A DNA stretch of 61,206 nucleotides, the filler included. It is 5 parts of 5 records of this genome, joined end to end, with 100 filler letters (N's around TTAATTAATTAA, not from the genome) between each part and the next. Parts side by side here need not be neighbours in the genome. Positions count along the whole stretch, not along the records: positions 31,668 to 55,112 come from DRR723986_5780; 4 more parts are not named here. The stretch is one strand, 5' to 3'. Position 1 is the first letter of the stretch. Every line of letters begins with the position of its first letter. Under the pieces are notes generated by a model. It was not told where the DNA came from and did no database searches. It was given only the letters and a program-made list of their open reading frames with translations. This document shows positions 39,429-47,749 of this stretch, one piece after another. A program made the position numbers and the translations under genes.

Positions 39429-40078
39429 ATGAAATTTGTGATTGGGTTTGTTGGGCGCGTGGGGTCCAGCTATCTCGAAGGTCTTCTAAACAGTCACCCG
39501 GATTGCATGTGCAACGGTGAAGTATTTGCGCCCGGTGCAATGTTCGATATGTCAGGCAAGTCTGTCAAAGAATTCTTGAGCGATTGGGGGGGGGATCACC
39601 GGTTGCCGGGTTCAAGCTTGGCAGTGCGCACATGAGGGAACGAAGTGAAATCGGAGATATTCTTCGGGACTTGGATTACAGAGTGATCATGCTGACGCGC
39701 GAAAATCTTTTGGATCAATTTATCTCAATGCGGCTGGCCCAAATGAACAGCGTGTGGCGCTCCGATTGCGGCGACTACAAATCGGAAACTTTTGAAACTG
39801 ACATTCAGCTGACGAAAGGCAGTATGGACTCATTCGAACGCGAGAATTTGTTTATATCAGAATATTTGCACGATCTGACAAGATTCGACATAACCTATGA
39901 AACCATCGCCGATCGGCTCGACGAATTGCAGGCTTGGTTGGGCCTCGAGCCCACTGAGTTGACGAGCGAGTTCAAGAGACAGCGTTCCTCGGTTTTGCAA
40001 TCTGACGCGATTCTCAATTACAACGAGCTGGCAGATGCTCTACAAGGGACGGTTTACGAGCGATTCCTCACGGGCTAG
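39429..40078 (+). pseudogene. Stf0-like sulfotransferase split by a frameshift at a G9 tract (39586-39594)
   Basis: ORF1 has RVGSSYL..LLNSHP....GEVF; ORF2 has GFKL and VIMLTRENLLDQFIS. G10 or G7 fuses them in frame (216 aa with G10). Confidence 0.8.
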
Positions 40079-40096
40079 AATAGTACGGTTGCTCTC

Positions 40097-41287
40097 TTGA
40101 AATTATTTTTGCATCTCGGCTCTGAGAAAGCGGGCAGTACGGCAGCGCAATCATATTGGCGGCGAAATTTCGAAGCCCACATAGCGCGCGGCGTGTGGTA
40201 TTCCCGTTTCCTAGGTGATTTGAACCATCCGAAGCTGCCGATCTATGGCAGCAGGGAATTCATCGCGCAGGATCAGCTGGCGTCGGAAGGTGTGGTGGAC
40301 GAAGCCTCCTACAACCAATTTTGCGCGGAGGTCGAGAACGGCCTCGCCGTGGAAGTGGCGCAGGCCAAGGCGGCCAACTGCCATACATTTCTTATCTCAC
40401 ACGAATTTCTGCACAGTCGTATCTATCGTGCGCCGGATGTGGCTCGTGTCGCCGGCCTGTGCAAGCGCTTGTTCGACGAGGTGGCGGCACTATTCGTGTT
40501 GCGCAAGCCGTCCGACCTTTTCATATCATCGATCAACGAGCTTGTGCGATTCAAATCCCCTGTTCGGGAAGGTATCCTCTCCGGTGTCAGTCCGAACAAC
40601 CCGTACTATGACTTTGTCTCCCTACTGACGATATGGCAAAACGAGGTCGGTACCGGGAACGTACATGTGATCCCGTTCAGCCGCGTGCCCGGTAAGAATG
40701 TACTGAACGCACTAAATGGCTTTCTGGGCCTGGACATGGATATCCCGCGTGAGGAAAGCGCTGAGAATGAAAGCGTCGATGTGCGAACGCTCGCTATCGG
40801 CAATGCTGTGCGTTCTCCGCGCCTGATCGAAGGACGCGTGAACCCAAACACCGAGTTCTTCATGACCGGATTTCCAATGCGGGAAAAGCTGGCCTTGGGC
40901 AGCGAAATGGCTGCGGAGCTGAATCGCCGGTTTGAAACTTCCAATCGGCAGCTGCTGGAAATGTTCCCGGACGAATTGGAGGAGGGGGACCTTTTCGCCG
41001 ATATCGGGCAGGGCGGTGATAGCGGCAATTTCCACATGCTGTTCGGCCTGATGCCGTATTCCGAGGGGCTGACCTTCCTGGTGGAGCGGTTCAACCGCCA
41101 GATCTGGTTTGAGCGGGCCCGCTCCGCCATTTACCAGGCGCGCTATGCTCGTTCCCGCGCGCGCCAAAAGGAGGCCGCCCTGGCGGCCGGGCAGGCGCGT
41201 GAATTCATCCGGAACGCTGAAGGCGACGGCCTGGAGCAGGGGCTGGCCGAATTACGTCGGGCGCTGGACAAGGAGTTTCCGGAATAG
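40097..41287 (+). CDS. Sulfotransferase-fold protein of polysaccharide loci
   Basis: LFLHLGSEKAGSTAAQ (H.G..K.GST..Q), LISHEFL and VLRKP. Confidence 0.65.
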   Translation: MKLFLHLGSEKAGSTAAQSYWRRNFEAHIARGVWYSRFLGDLNHPKLPIYGSREFIAQDQLASEGVVDEASYNQFCAEVENGLAVEVAQAKAANCHTFLISHEFLHSRIYRAPDVARVAGLCKRLFDEVAALFVLRKPSDLFISSINELVRFKSPVREGILSGVSPNNPYYDFVSLLTIWQNEVGTGNVHVIPFSRVPGKNVLNALNGFLGLDMDIPREESAENESVDVRTLAIGNAVRSPRLIEGRVNPNTEFFMTGFPMREKLALGSEMAAELNRRFETSNRQLLEMFPDELEEGDLFADIGQGGDSGNFHMLFGLMPYSEGLTFLVERFNRQIWFERARSAIYQARYARSRARQKEAALAAGQAREFIRNAEGDGLEQGLAELRRALDKEFPE

Positions 41288-41301
41288 CCGCGCCGCGTGG
41301 C

Positions 41302-42423
41302 TCAGGGCTTCGTCCAGACCACCCGGTTCACATAGTCGATATAGCTGAGCACGGTGGTTAGCACCTTACGGGAGACATGTCCGCCGTCATAGTCCGGAAT
41401 CTGGCTTGCGGTGATGCCATTTTCGGCCATGCTGAGCACGGCGCGTACCGCGTCGACCACCTTGTCGGCATCCAGTGTGGACATGACCAGCGTGCCGGCG
41501 TCCATGCCTTCCGGCCGCTCATGCGCATCGCGGATATTAACGCCGCGCAGGCCCAGTAGGGCAGCTTCTTCCGTTAGCGTGCCGCTGTCCGAGAGCACGC
41601 AGAGCGCATTCTGCTGCAGTTTGATATAATCCGGGAGCCCGAAAGGCGGCAGGAACTGGACGCCCTTGGCGGCGCGGCTGCCTTCGAGACGCTTGCGCGT
41701 GCGTGGGTGTGTCGACATCACCACCGGCACATTATAGGTCGCATGCAGATGTTCCAGCGTTGCGATCAGGTGTTCCAGCTTGGCTTCGACATCCACGTTC
41801 TCTTCTCGGTGGCTGGACACAATGAAATACTTGTTCGATTCGAGTTTCAGCCGGCTGAGGATATCCGATGCATCGATTTTCGGTCTGTAATAATCCAGCA
41901 CTTCCGGCATGTGGGATCCGGTCTTGATCACTCGCTCGGGTCGCAGGCCTTCATTCAGCAGGTAATCGCGCGCCTGTTCGGTCAGCACCATATTGATATC
42001 GGACAGGTGGTCGACGATCTTACGGTTGATTTCTTCCGGTACGCGTTGGTCGAAGCAGCGATTGCCGGCCTCCATATGGAAGACCGGAATTTTGCGCCGC
42101 TTCGCGGCAATGACGGCCAGGCACGAATTGGTGTCGCCATAGAGGAGAAGGGCTTCGGGCTTTTCCTCTTCCAGCACCTTGTCGGCCCGTTCGATCACGC
42201 GGGCTATGGTCTCGGTCGCATTGGCGCCGGCGGCTTCCAGGAAGTGATCGGGTTTACGGATTTCCAGTTGGTCGAAAAATATTTCGTTTAGCTCGTAATC
42301 ATAGTTCTGGCCGGTGTGGACCAGCACATGGTCGGTCTCCCGGTCGAACAGGGATATGACCCGCGACATTTTAATAATTTCCGGCCGCGTGCCGACGATG
42401 GTGAGGACTTTGCGCTTGGTCAT
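41302..42423 (-). CDS. wecB: Non-hydrolysing UDP-N-acetylhexosamine 2-epimerase (FnlC/WbjD/QnlB type)
   Basis: GTRPEIIK, HTGQNYD, GDTNS, HMEAGNRCFD, HREEN and DSGT..EE. Confidence 0.92.
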   Translation of the reverse strand: MTKRKVLTIVGTRPEIIKMSRVISLFDRETDHVLVHTGQNYDYELNEIFFDQLEIRKPDHFLEAAGANATETIARVIERADKVLEEEKPEALLLYGDTNSCLAVIAAKRRKIPVFHMEAGNRCFDQRVPEEINRKIVDHLSDINMVLTEQARDYLLNEGLRPERVIKTGSHMPEVLDYYRPKIDASDILSRLKLESNKYFIVSSHREENVDVEAKLEHLIATLEHLHATYNVPVVMSTHPRTRKRLEGSRAAKGVQFLPPFGLPDYIKLQQNALCVLSDSGTLTEEAALLGLRGVNIRDAHERPEGMDAGTLVMSTLDADKVVDAVRAVLSMAENGITASQIPDYDGGHVSRKVLTTVLSYIDYVNRVVWTKP

Positions 42424-42426
42424 GTA

Positions 42427-43479
42427 TCAGGACTGCAGGGCGTCATAGCCATTGGTCGGGGCATCGCCTGCCGCCAGCTCGTTGCGGATATATTCCAGTG
42501 TCATCAGCAGGTCGGCCGTGCCCTGAACATCCAGGCGCTCAGTATTTTCAGATGTGTAGTCGTCCACCAGGCTGCGGCTCTCGTCGCCCGAGACAACATA
42601 TTTGTCGTAGTTCAGGTCCCGGCCGTCGCAAGGCACGCGATAATAGCGGTCCATGTCTTCGGCGGCGGCCATTTCCTCGCGGGAGACGAGGGACTCATGC
42701 TTCTTCTCGCCATGGCGCGTACCGATGACGCGCACTTCAACTTCGCGCTCGAAAATCTGCATCAGCGCCTTGTAAAGCGTCTCGATCGTGGAGGCTGGCG
42801 CCTTCTGCACGAATGTGTCGCCCTGGTTGGCGTTTTCATAAGCAAAGCGCACCAGGTCGACCGATTGGGGCAGCGACATCAGGAAGCGCGTCATGGTCGG
42901 GTCCGTCACCGTGATCGGTTGGCCCGATTTGATCTGGCGTACAAACAGCGGAATGACAGAGCCGCGCGACGCCATCACATTGCCATAGCGGGTCACAGCG
43001 ATTACCGGCCCGCCGGTCTCGCCCATCATGCGTGCCTTGGCCACAGCGACCTTTTCCATCATGGCCTTGGAAATGCCCATGGCATTGATCGGGTAGACGG
43101 CCTTGTCGGTGCTCAGCACGACGACGCGCTCGACATCATTCTTGATCGCTGCTTCCAGAACGTTCTCGGTGCCCAGCACATTGGTGCGCACGGCTTCCAA
43201 TGGGTAGAACTCACACGAAGGCACCTGCTTCAGTGCTGCGGCGTGGAAGATAAAGTCCGATCCACGCACAGCGCTCTCTACGCTGGAATAGTCGCGCACG
43301 TCACCAATGTAGAACTTGATCAGCGGATTATTGTAATGCTTGCGCATGTCTTCCTGCTTCTTCTCATCGCGTGAGAAGATGCGGATCTGCTTGGGATCGC
43401 GCTGGAGGAGGTCGTTCAGCACGGTGTGACCGAAGGAACCGGTGCCTCCGTTGATCAGGACAGTTTTGCCATTGAGCAT
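42427..43479 (-). CDS. fnlA: UDP-GlcNAc 4,6-dehydratase/5-epimerase (FnlA/WbjB/CapE type)
   Basis: GGTGSFG, SRDEKKQ, HAAALKQVPSCEF, STDKAVYPINAMG.SK, RYGNV..SRGSV and RDLNY.KY. Confidence 0.9.
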   Translation of the reverse strand: MLNGKTVLINGGTGSFGHTVLNDLLQRDPKQIRIFSRDEKKQEDMRKHYNNPLIKFYIGDVRDYSSVESAVRGSDFIFHAAALKQVPSCEFYPLEAVRTNVLGTENVLEAAIKNDVERVVVLSTDKAVYPINAMGISKAMMEKVAVAKARMMGETGGPVIAVTRYGNVMASRGSVIPLFVRQIKSGQPITVTDPTMTRFLMSLPQSVDLVRFAYENANQGDTFVQKAPASTIETLYKALMQIFEREVEVRVIGTRHGEKKHESLVSREEMAAAEDMDRYYRVPCDGRDLNYDKYVVSGDESRSLVDDYTSENTERLDVQGTADLLMTLEYIRNELAAGDAPTNGYDALQS

Positions 43480-43497
43480 GAATAATGTCTCCGGACG

Positions 43498-44370
43498 TCA
43501 ATGGGTGTTTTGGGAATAGGGCGAGGCCTGGTACATGCGGTCAACCAGTTCGGGCCACCCCGGCGCGACATAGCCGGTGGCTGCCTTGAAGGAGTCGGCA
43601 TTCAGCGAACGGTCCAGCACAAAATCGTCATAAGGCTCGATCTCAATCTCATGTCCGTAGCGCTCGCGGACCAGGCAGAGCAGGTCGTATTTGTTGATCG
43701 GAGCGCTGGCGACCTGGTACAGCCCGGACAAGTCGGGATTCGGGATCACGATGTCACGTACGATATTGGCCAATTCCACCGTCGGTAGCCCAGTATAAAT
43801 GGCCTTGCGGAAACCGCGTACCTTGCCGGACTGCGACAGGAACCAGTCCATCAGAGAGACTGCCCGGCCGATTTCATGTCCGATGATCGAGGTGCGCAGC
43901 GTCAGCGCGTGGCTGGTCCCGGTGACTTCCCCCAGGTGTTTGCTTTTGCCGTAGAGGTCCGTTGCGTTGGAGCGGGAGGCTTCCGTGTAGCCCCCATCAA
44001 CACCGTCGAACACGCAGTCTGTGGAGGGGTGTACCAAGCGCGCACCATGGGTCGCGCAGGCCTGGGACAGGAGGTGTGGAAGGAGGGCGTTAATATAGAT
44101 GGTCAGCGAGGCGTTTGCGACTTCGTCGAGTTGTTTGATTATGCCAACGCAATTTACCACAAGGTCCGGCTTTGTGGACGCGATGATCCGCTCCGGAGCA
44201 CCAGAATCCAACAGATCAATTCCTTCAATTTGCTTGATATTTTTCTTTCCACGCAGTGCCTCTGGGATGCTGCGGTAGGTCGCAGTCACTTGGTGCGCGC
44301 CATCCCCGGACAACACATCCGCCATGCTGTGACCGAGCATGCCGCCACCGCCAAGGATCAAGATGTGCAT
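43498..44370 (-). CDS. RmlD-like NDP-4-keto-6-deoxyhexose reductase (WbvR/QnlA type)
   Basis: GGGGMLG, NCVGIIKQ, STDCVF, YGKSK and LRTSIIGHE; about 290 aa with no cupin tail. Confidence 0.85.
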   Translation of the reverse strand: MHILILGGGGMLGHSMADVLSGDGAHQVTATYRSIPEALRGKKNIKQIEGIDLLDSGAPERIIASTKPDLVVNCVGIIKQLDEVANASLTIYINALLPHLLSQACATHGARLVHPSTDCVFDGVDGGYTEASRSNATDLYGKSKHLGEVTGTSHALTLRTSIIGHEIGRAVSLMDWFLSQSGKVRGFRKAIYTGLPTVELANIVRDIVIPNPDLSGLYQVASAPINKYDLLCLVRERYGHEIEIEPYDDFVLDRSLNADSFKAATGYVAPGWPELVDRMYQASPYSQNTH

Positions 44371-44634
44371 GGTCTGCCAGACTCCCGCGGCACGCAACCG
44401 GTGCCAGGCACTAATAACCCGATAGTTGAACTCCTTTGCCTGCTTCGCCGTGTGAACGCAACCCTGAGCCTGAGAAATCGAAAGCCGGGTGCGATAGCTG
44501 ACGGAACGCAGAGAAGTTGAGGCATTTGCAAGAAGCAGCGTGTCCGCTCCGGAGCACACCAATTGCCTTGACCCGACTTTCGAGCGTGCCTATTCGAGCT
44601 GTCTGGTGCGGGTGTATCGGAGTTCCAATCAAGT

Positions 44635-45432
44635 ATGGCGCGTTCATCGATTCAGGTCGGCTTCAACGACCTCCTGCGCTCTTTCGCGAAATTTCCGGTT
44701 GCCGCCGCCATGGCCCGCGATGACCTTGTGATCCGTTTCGAGCGGACCATTCTGGGGCCCCTCTGGTTGCCGCTTAGCAACATCGTCTTTATCGTCGGCC
44801 TGACGGTCGTTTTCGGTACATTGTTCAAGGTCGACGTAGCGACCTATGTCGTCTATCTGGCCTCCGGGCTCATGATATGGAACTTCGTCTCCAACGTGCT
44901 GACCAGTTCGCCCAACTATTTCGTGCAGAGTCAGGCCATCATGGAGGCTTATGCGCTGCCCTGGTCGTTGCAGATTATCCGATACCTGCTGTCGCAGATT
45001 TTTCTGATGTCGATCCATTTCGTAATCTGGGTGATCATCGCGCTGATATTCAATCATCCTTTCACGACGCAGACGCCTTTCGCTCTTCTGGGGATCGGCA
45101 TCGTGTTCGTGCTAGCTTATGGCGTTGCGCTGACCCTGGCGACGCTGGGCGCCCGGTACCGGGACCTGAAATTCGCGATCGAATCCGTACTGCCGTTCTT
45201 CTTCCTTCTGACACCGGTCTTCTGGCGTGCGGCTGACCTGCCCGGAGAGCGCCCGGCGGTGACCACGTTCAATCCACTCTTCCATGTGCTATCAATTGTA
45301 CGCGACCCGCTGTTGAACAAGCCGGTCGACCCGCTCTCTTGGATGGTAAGCGGGGCCTTGGCGGTGTTCTTCCTGCTGGTCGGCATCACGATGTTTGTCC
45401 GTGGCCGGCGTCGCCTTCTGCTGTGGATGTAA
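44635..45432 (+). CDS. wzm: Polysaccharide ABC exporter permease Wzm
   Basis: LGPLW, RYRD, TPVFW and NP....IVRDPL; six TMs. Confidence 0.88.
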   Translation: MARSSIQVGFNDLLRSFAKFPVAAAMARDDLVIRFERTILGPLWLPLSNIVFIVGLTVVFGTLFKVDVATYVVYLASGLMIWNFVSNVLTSSPNYFVQSQAIMEAYALPWSLQIIRYLLSQIFLMSIHFVIWVIIALIFNHPFTTQTPFALLGIGIVFVLAYGVALTLATLGARYRDLKFAIESVLPFFFLLTPVFWRAADLPGERPAVTTFNPLFHVLSIVRDPLLNKPVDPLSWMVSGALAVFFLLVGITMFVRGRRRLLLWM

Positions 45433-45436
45433 GACA

Positions 45437-46216
45437 ATGACTCACCTGACGTTTGACAATGTGAGCGTGCGCTATCCGGTCACCCTCGGCGGGCGGGAGC
45501 GGTCCATCGTGACGGCTGCTGCCGCAACGGCTAGTTTTGGTCGAATCGCGGGGGACGTGAAGTCGCTGACCTATGTGGAAGCACTGAAAGACATATCACT
45601 GGACTTCAAAACCGGCGACAGGATCGGCTTCATCGGCCGGAATGGCTCAGGCAAGTCTACCCTGCTAAAGACTGCTGCCGGCATGCTGGCGCCCTACAAG
45701 GGCGACCTGAACGTGGATGGGACCGTTACCGCGATCCTGAAGCTTGGCGCCGGGATCCAGATGGACCGGTCCGCCCGACGCAACGTGCCGACGCTGGCTA
45801 GGCTGATCGGCGTGCCGCGCTCTGAAATCGACGCGATGACGGCAGACCTGGAAGAGTTCACGGAGCTCGGCCCTTTCTTCGATATGCCAGTGCGTACCTA
45901 TTCTGCCGGCATGGTGGTGCGCCTTATGTTCGGTGCACTGACGTACAAGCCGGGTGAGATCCTGATTGTCGATGAGGTGATCGGTGCAGGGGATGCTTAT
46001 TTCATTGAAAAGGCGCAGAAGCGCGCCGAGGGCATGTTCGCCGATGCCAGCCTGTTATTGCTGGCGACCCATTCCGGCCAGATCCTTAAAAGGCTGTGTA
46101 CAGAAGTTGTCTGGCTGGAGGGCGGGCAGATCAAGGAACGCGGCGATCCTGAAAAGGTGTGGCAATCCTTCCAGTCGCGCCTGAAGACGGCCGGGCAGGG
46201 CGGAACGATCAGGTAA
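45437..46216 (+). CDS. wzt: Polysaccharide ABC exporter ATPase Wzt, without a C-terminal carbohydrate-binding domain
   Basis: GRNGSGKST, PVRTYSAGM..RL.F and IVDEVIGAGD..F; 259 aa. Confidence 0.9.
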   Translation: MTHLTFDNVSVRYPVTLGGRERSIVTAAAATASFGRIAGDVKSLTYVEALKDISLDFKTGDRIGFIGRNGSGKSTLLKTAAGMLAPYKGDLNVDGTVTAILKLGAGIQMDRSARRNVPTLARLIGVPRSEIDAMTADLEEFTELGPFFDMPVRTYSAGMVVRLMFGALTYKPGEILIVDEVIGAGDAYFIEKAQKRAEGMFADASLLLLATHSGQILKRLCTEVVWLEGGQIKERGDPEKVWQSFQSRLKTAGQGGTIR

Positions 46217-47513
46217 TCAGGTGGTGTGAGATCAACTCGCTGAGCTGGGTGAGCCTGGTATTCTCCAGGTTGGCCGACGCGACTTCTGTGCGGAAGATGT
46301 TTTCTGCCGGCGAGGTATCCTTTTTGGGAATGGCAGACAGGCTGATCATTTCGCGTGGAATGTCGCGGAACGTGATGGACTTCGGATTCAGATAGAGCGC
46401 GGCTAAAATGGCCTGATCGATATGCCAAGATACCCGCTCAGGGTCCGAGGCCAGTTCAAAAGCATGCTGGCGCAAGCGCAGACCAAAGCTGCGTCCGCCT
46501 TCCGTCGGTGCCACATAAACCAGTGTCGCCGAAATATAGGACATCAGATTGAACGCGGATTCAGGCGCGCGGACGAGTCCGGTATCGCATCCGGCCATGG
46601 CCTCCAGAAAAGGGCTCGGGTCCTTGTTCAGAACTTGGTCCAGGTCCGACATGATGATCGGCACGTCGTAGAGCTTCTGTACGTCCGCCAGCATGAGGAA
46701 CCTCGCAAGGGAATAATAGGCCCGGCTGAAATCCAGCGTCATTGTGTTCACGTCCGCCGCTTCGTGCGACTGTGTCAGCGCAATGCCTTTTTTGCGGATC
46801 CGCTCCATCGCGTTGAAGGCTTCGGTGCTAGGGTTCACGATGTGAGCGTGGATGGCAAAGCGTTCGTCTGCGAAATGCTCGACGGAACTGGCGACCGATT
46901 CAAGGTAGCGGCGGATGTAGACATCGTCGCCCGCCACAAAGATGACCGCCTCCGGCTCGTATGTCGGTCGGCCGCGCCCTCCCAGGATGACATTGCGCGT
47001 GAACGGCAATTCCCGATTGTGCAGACCTGAACCCGGCTGTTCCAAAAGGCGGATGATGCCGGTGTGGGTGTATTTATTGTCACCGCAGAGGATCTGGATG
47101 TAGCGATCAAAAATTTCCTGTGCTTCGGATAGGTCGCCCTGGCATGCGAGCACGCTGGCATAGCCATACCATACGCTCGAATCTGCACCCGGGCATGTGC
47201 TGGCTGCCTGCAGGAATTTTTCGGCCTGGGGCAGGCGTCCCAATTTGGCCAGCGCAACACCCGTCCGGTACAACAGGTGCACCATGTCAAGGTGCGGCGG
47301 TGCAAGGCGCATTGCCTCGCCAAGTGTTTCGAGCTCTTCGTGAGTTTGTTCTTCAATGCTGAGGCAGATGGAGAGAAAATTGACGGTTTCAAAACAGTGG
47401 TTTTCTTCAACTGCGCGCCGGGCATAGCTTAGCGCTCGCTTGCTGTCGCCAGCCTCAAGCGTGGTGGTCGAAAGGGCGTGCCAATCCACCAAATTTAGAA
47501 GTTCTTCGCTCAT
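46209..47513 (-). CDS. TPR-containing protein with C-terminal GT-A-like nucleotide-diphospho-sugar transferase domain
   Basis: TPR-like helices, then AYYSLARF, SDLD (DxD) and W.IDQ. Start uncertain. Confidence 0.65.
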   Translation of the reverse strand: MSEELLNLVDWHALSTTTLEAGDSKRALSYARRAVEENHCFETVNFLSICLSIEEQTHEELETLGEAMRLAPPHLDMVHLLYRTGVALAKLGRLPQAEKFLQAASTCPGADSSVWYGYASVLACQGDLSEAQEIFDRYIQILCGDNKYTHTGIIRLLEQPGSGLHNRELPFTRNVILGGRGRPTYEPEAVIFVAGDDVYIRRYLESVASSVEHFADERFAIHAHIVNPSTEAFNAMERIRKKGIALTQSHEAADVNTMTLDFSRAYYSLARFLMLADVQKLYDVPIIMSDLDQVLNKDPSPFLEAMAGCDTGLVRAPESAFNLMSYISATLVYVAPTEGGRSFGLRLRQHAFELASDPERVSWHIDQAILAALYLNPKSITFRDIPREMISLSAIPKKDTSPAENIFRTEVASANLENTRLTQLSELISHHLIT

Positions 47514-47749
47514 CTCATCAACGTACCCGCAGTCTCGACCCGGTCCTGTAGATGCCCCATCGGGGCAGGGAGTGCAATGTTGCACATATACCTTGTGTTG
47601 CACTGAATTCCCTTTATTGAAGGGGCAATTCCGGCAGGTCTGCAGCAGGGAAAGTCCTGACGGGCTGGCGGCCAGAAAGTTGTGGCCGGAGGCGCGGGGG
47701 CGTTCCGGGTGGAGGCGAAAGCCCCTGAAGAAATGGAGTGCTATGCACT

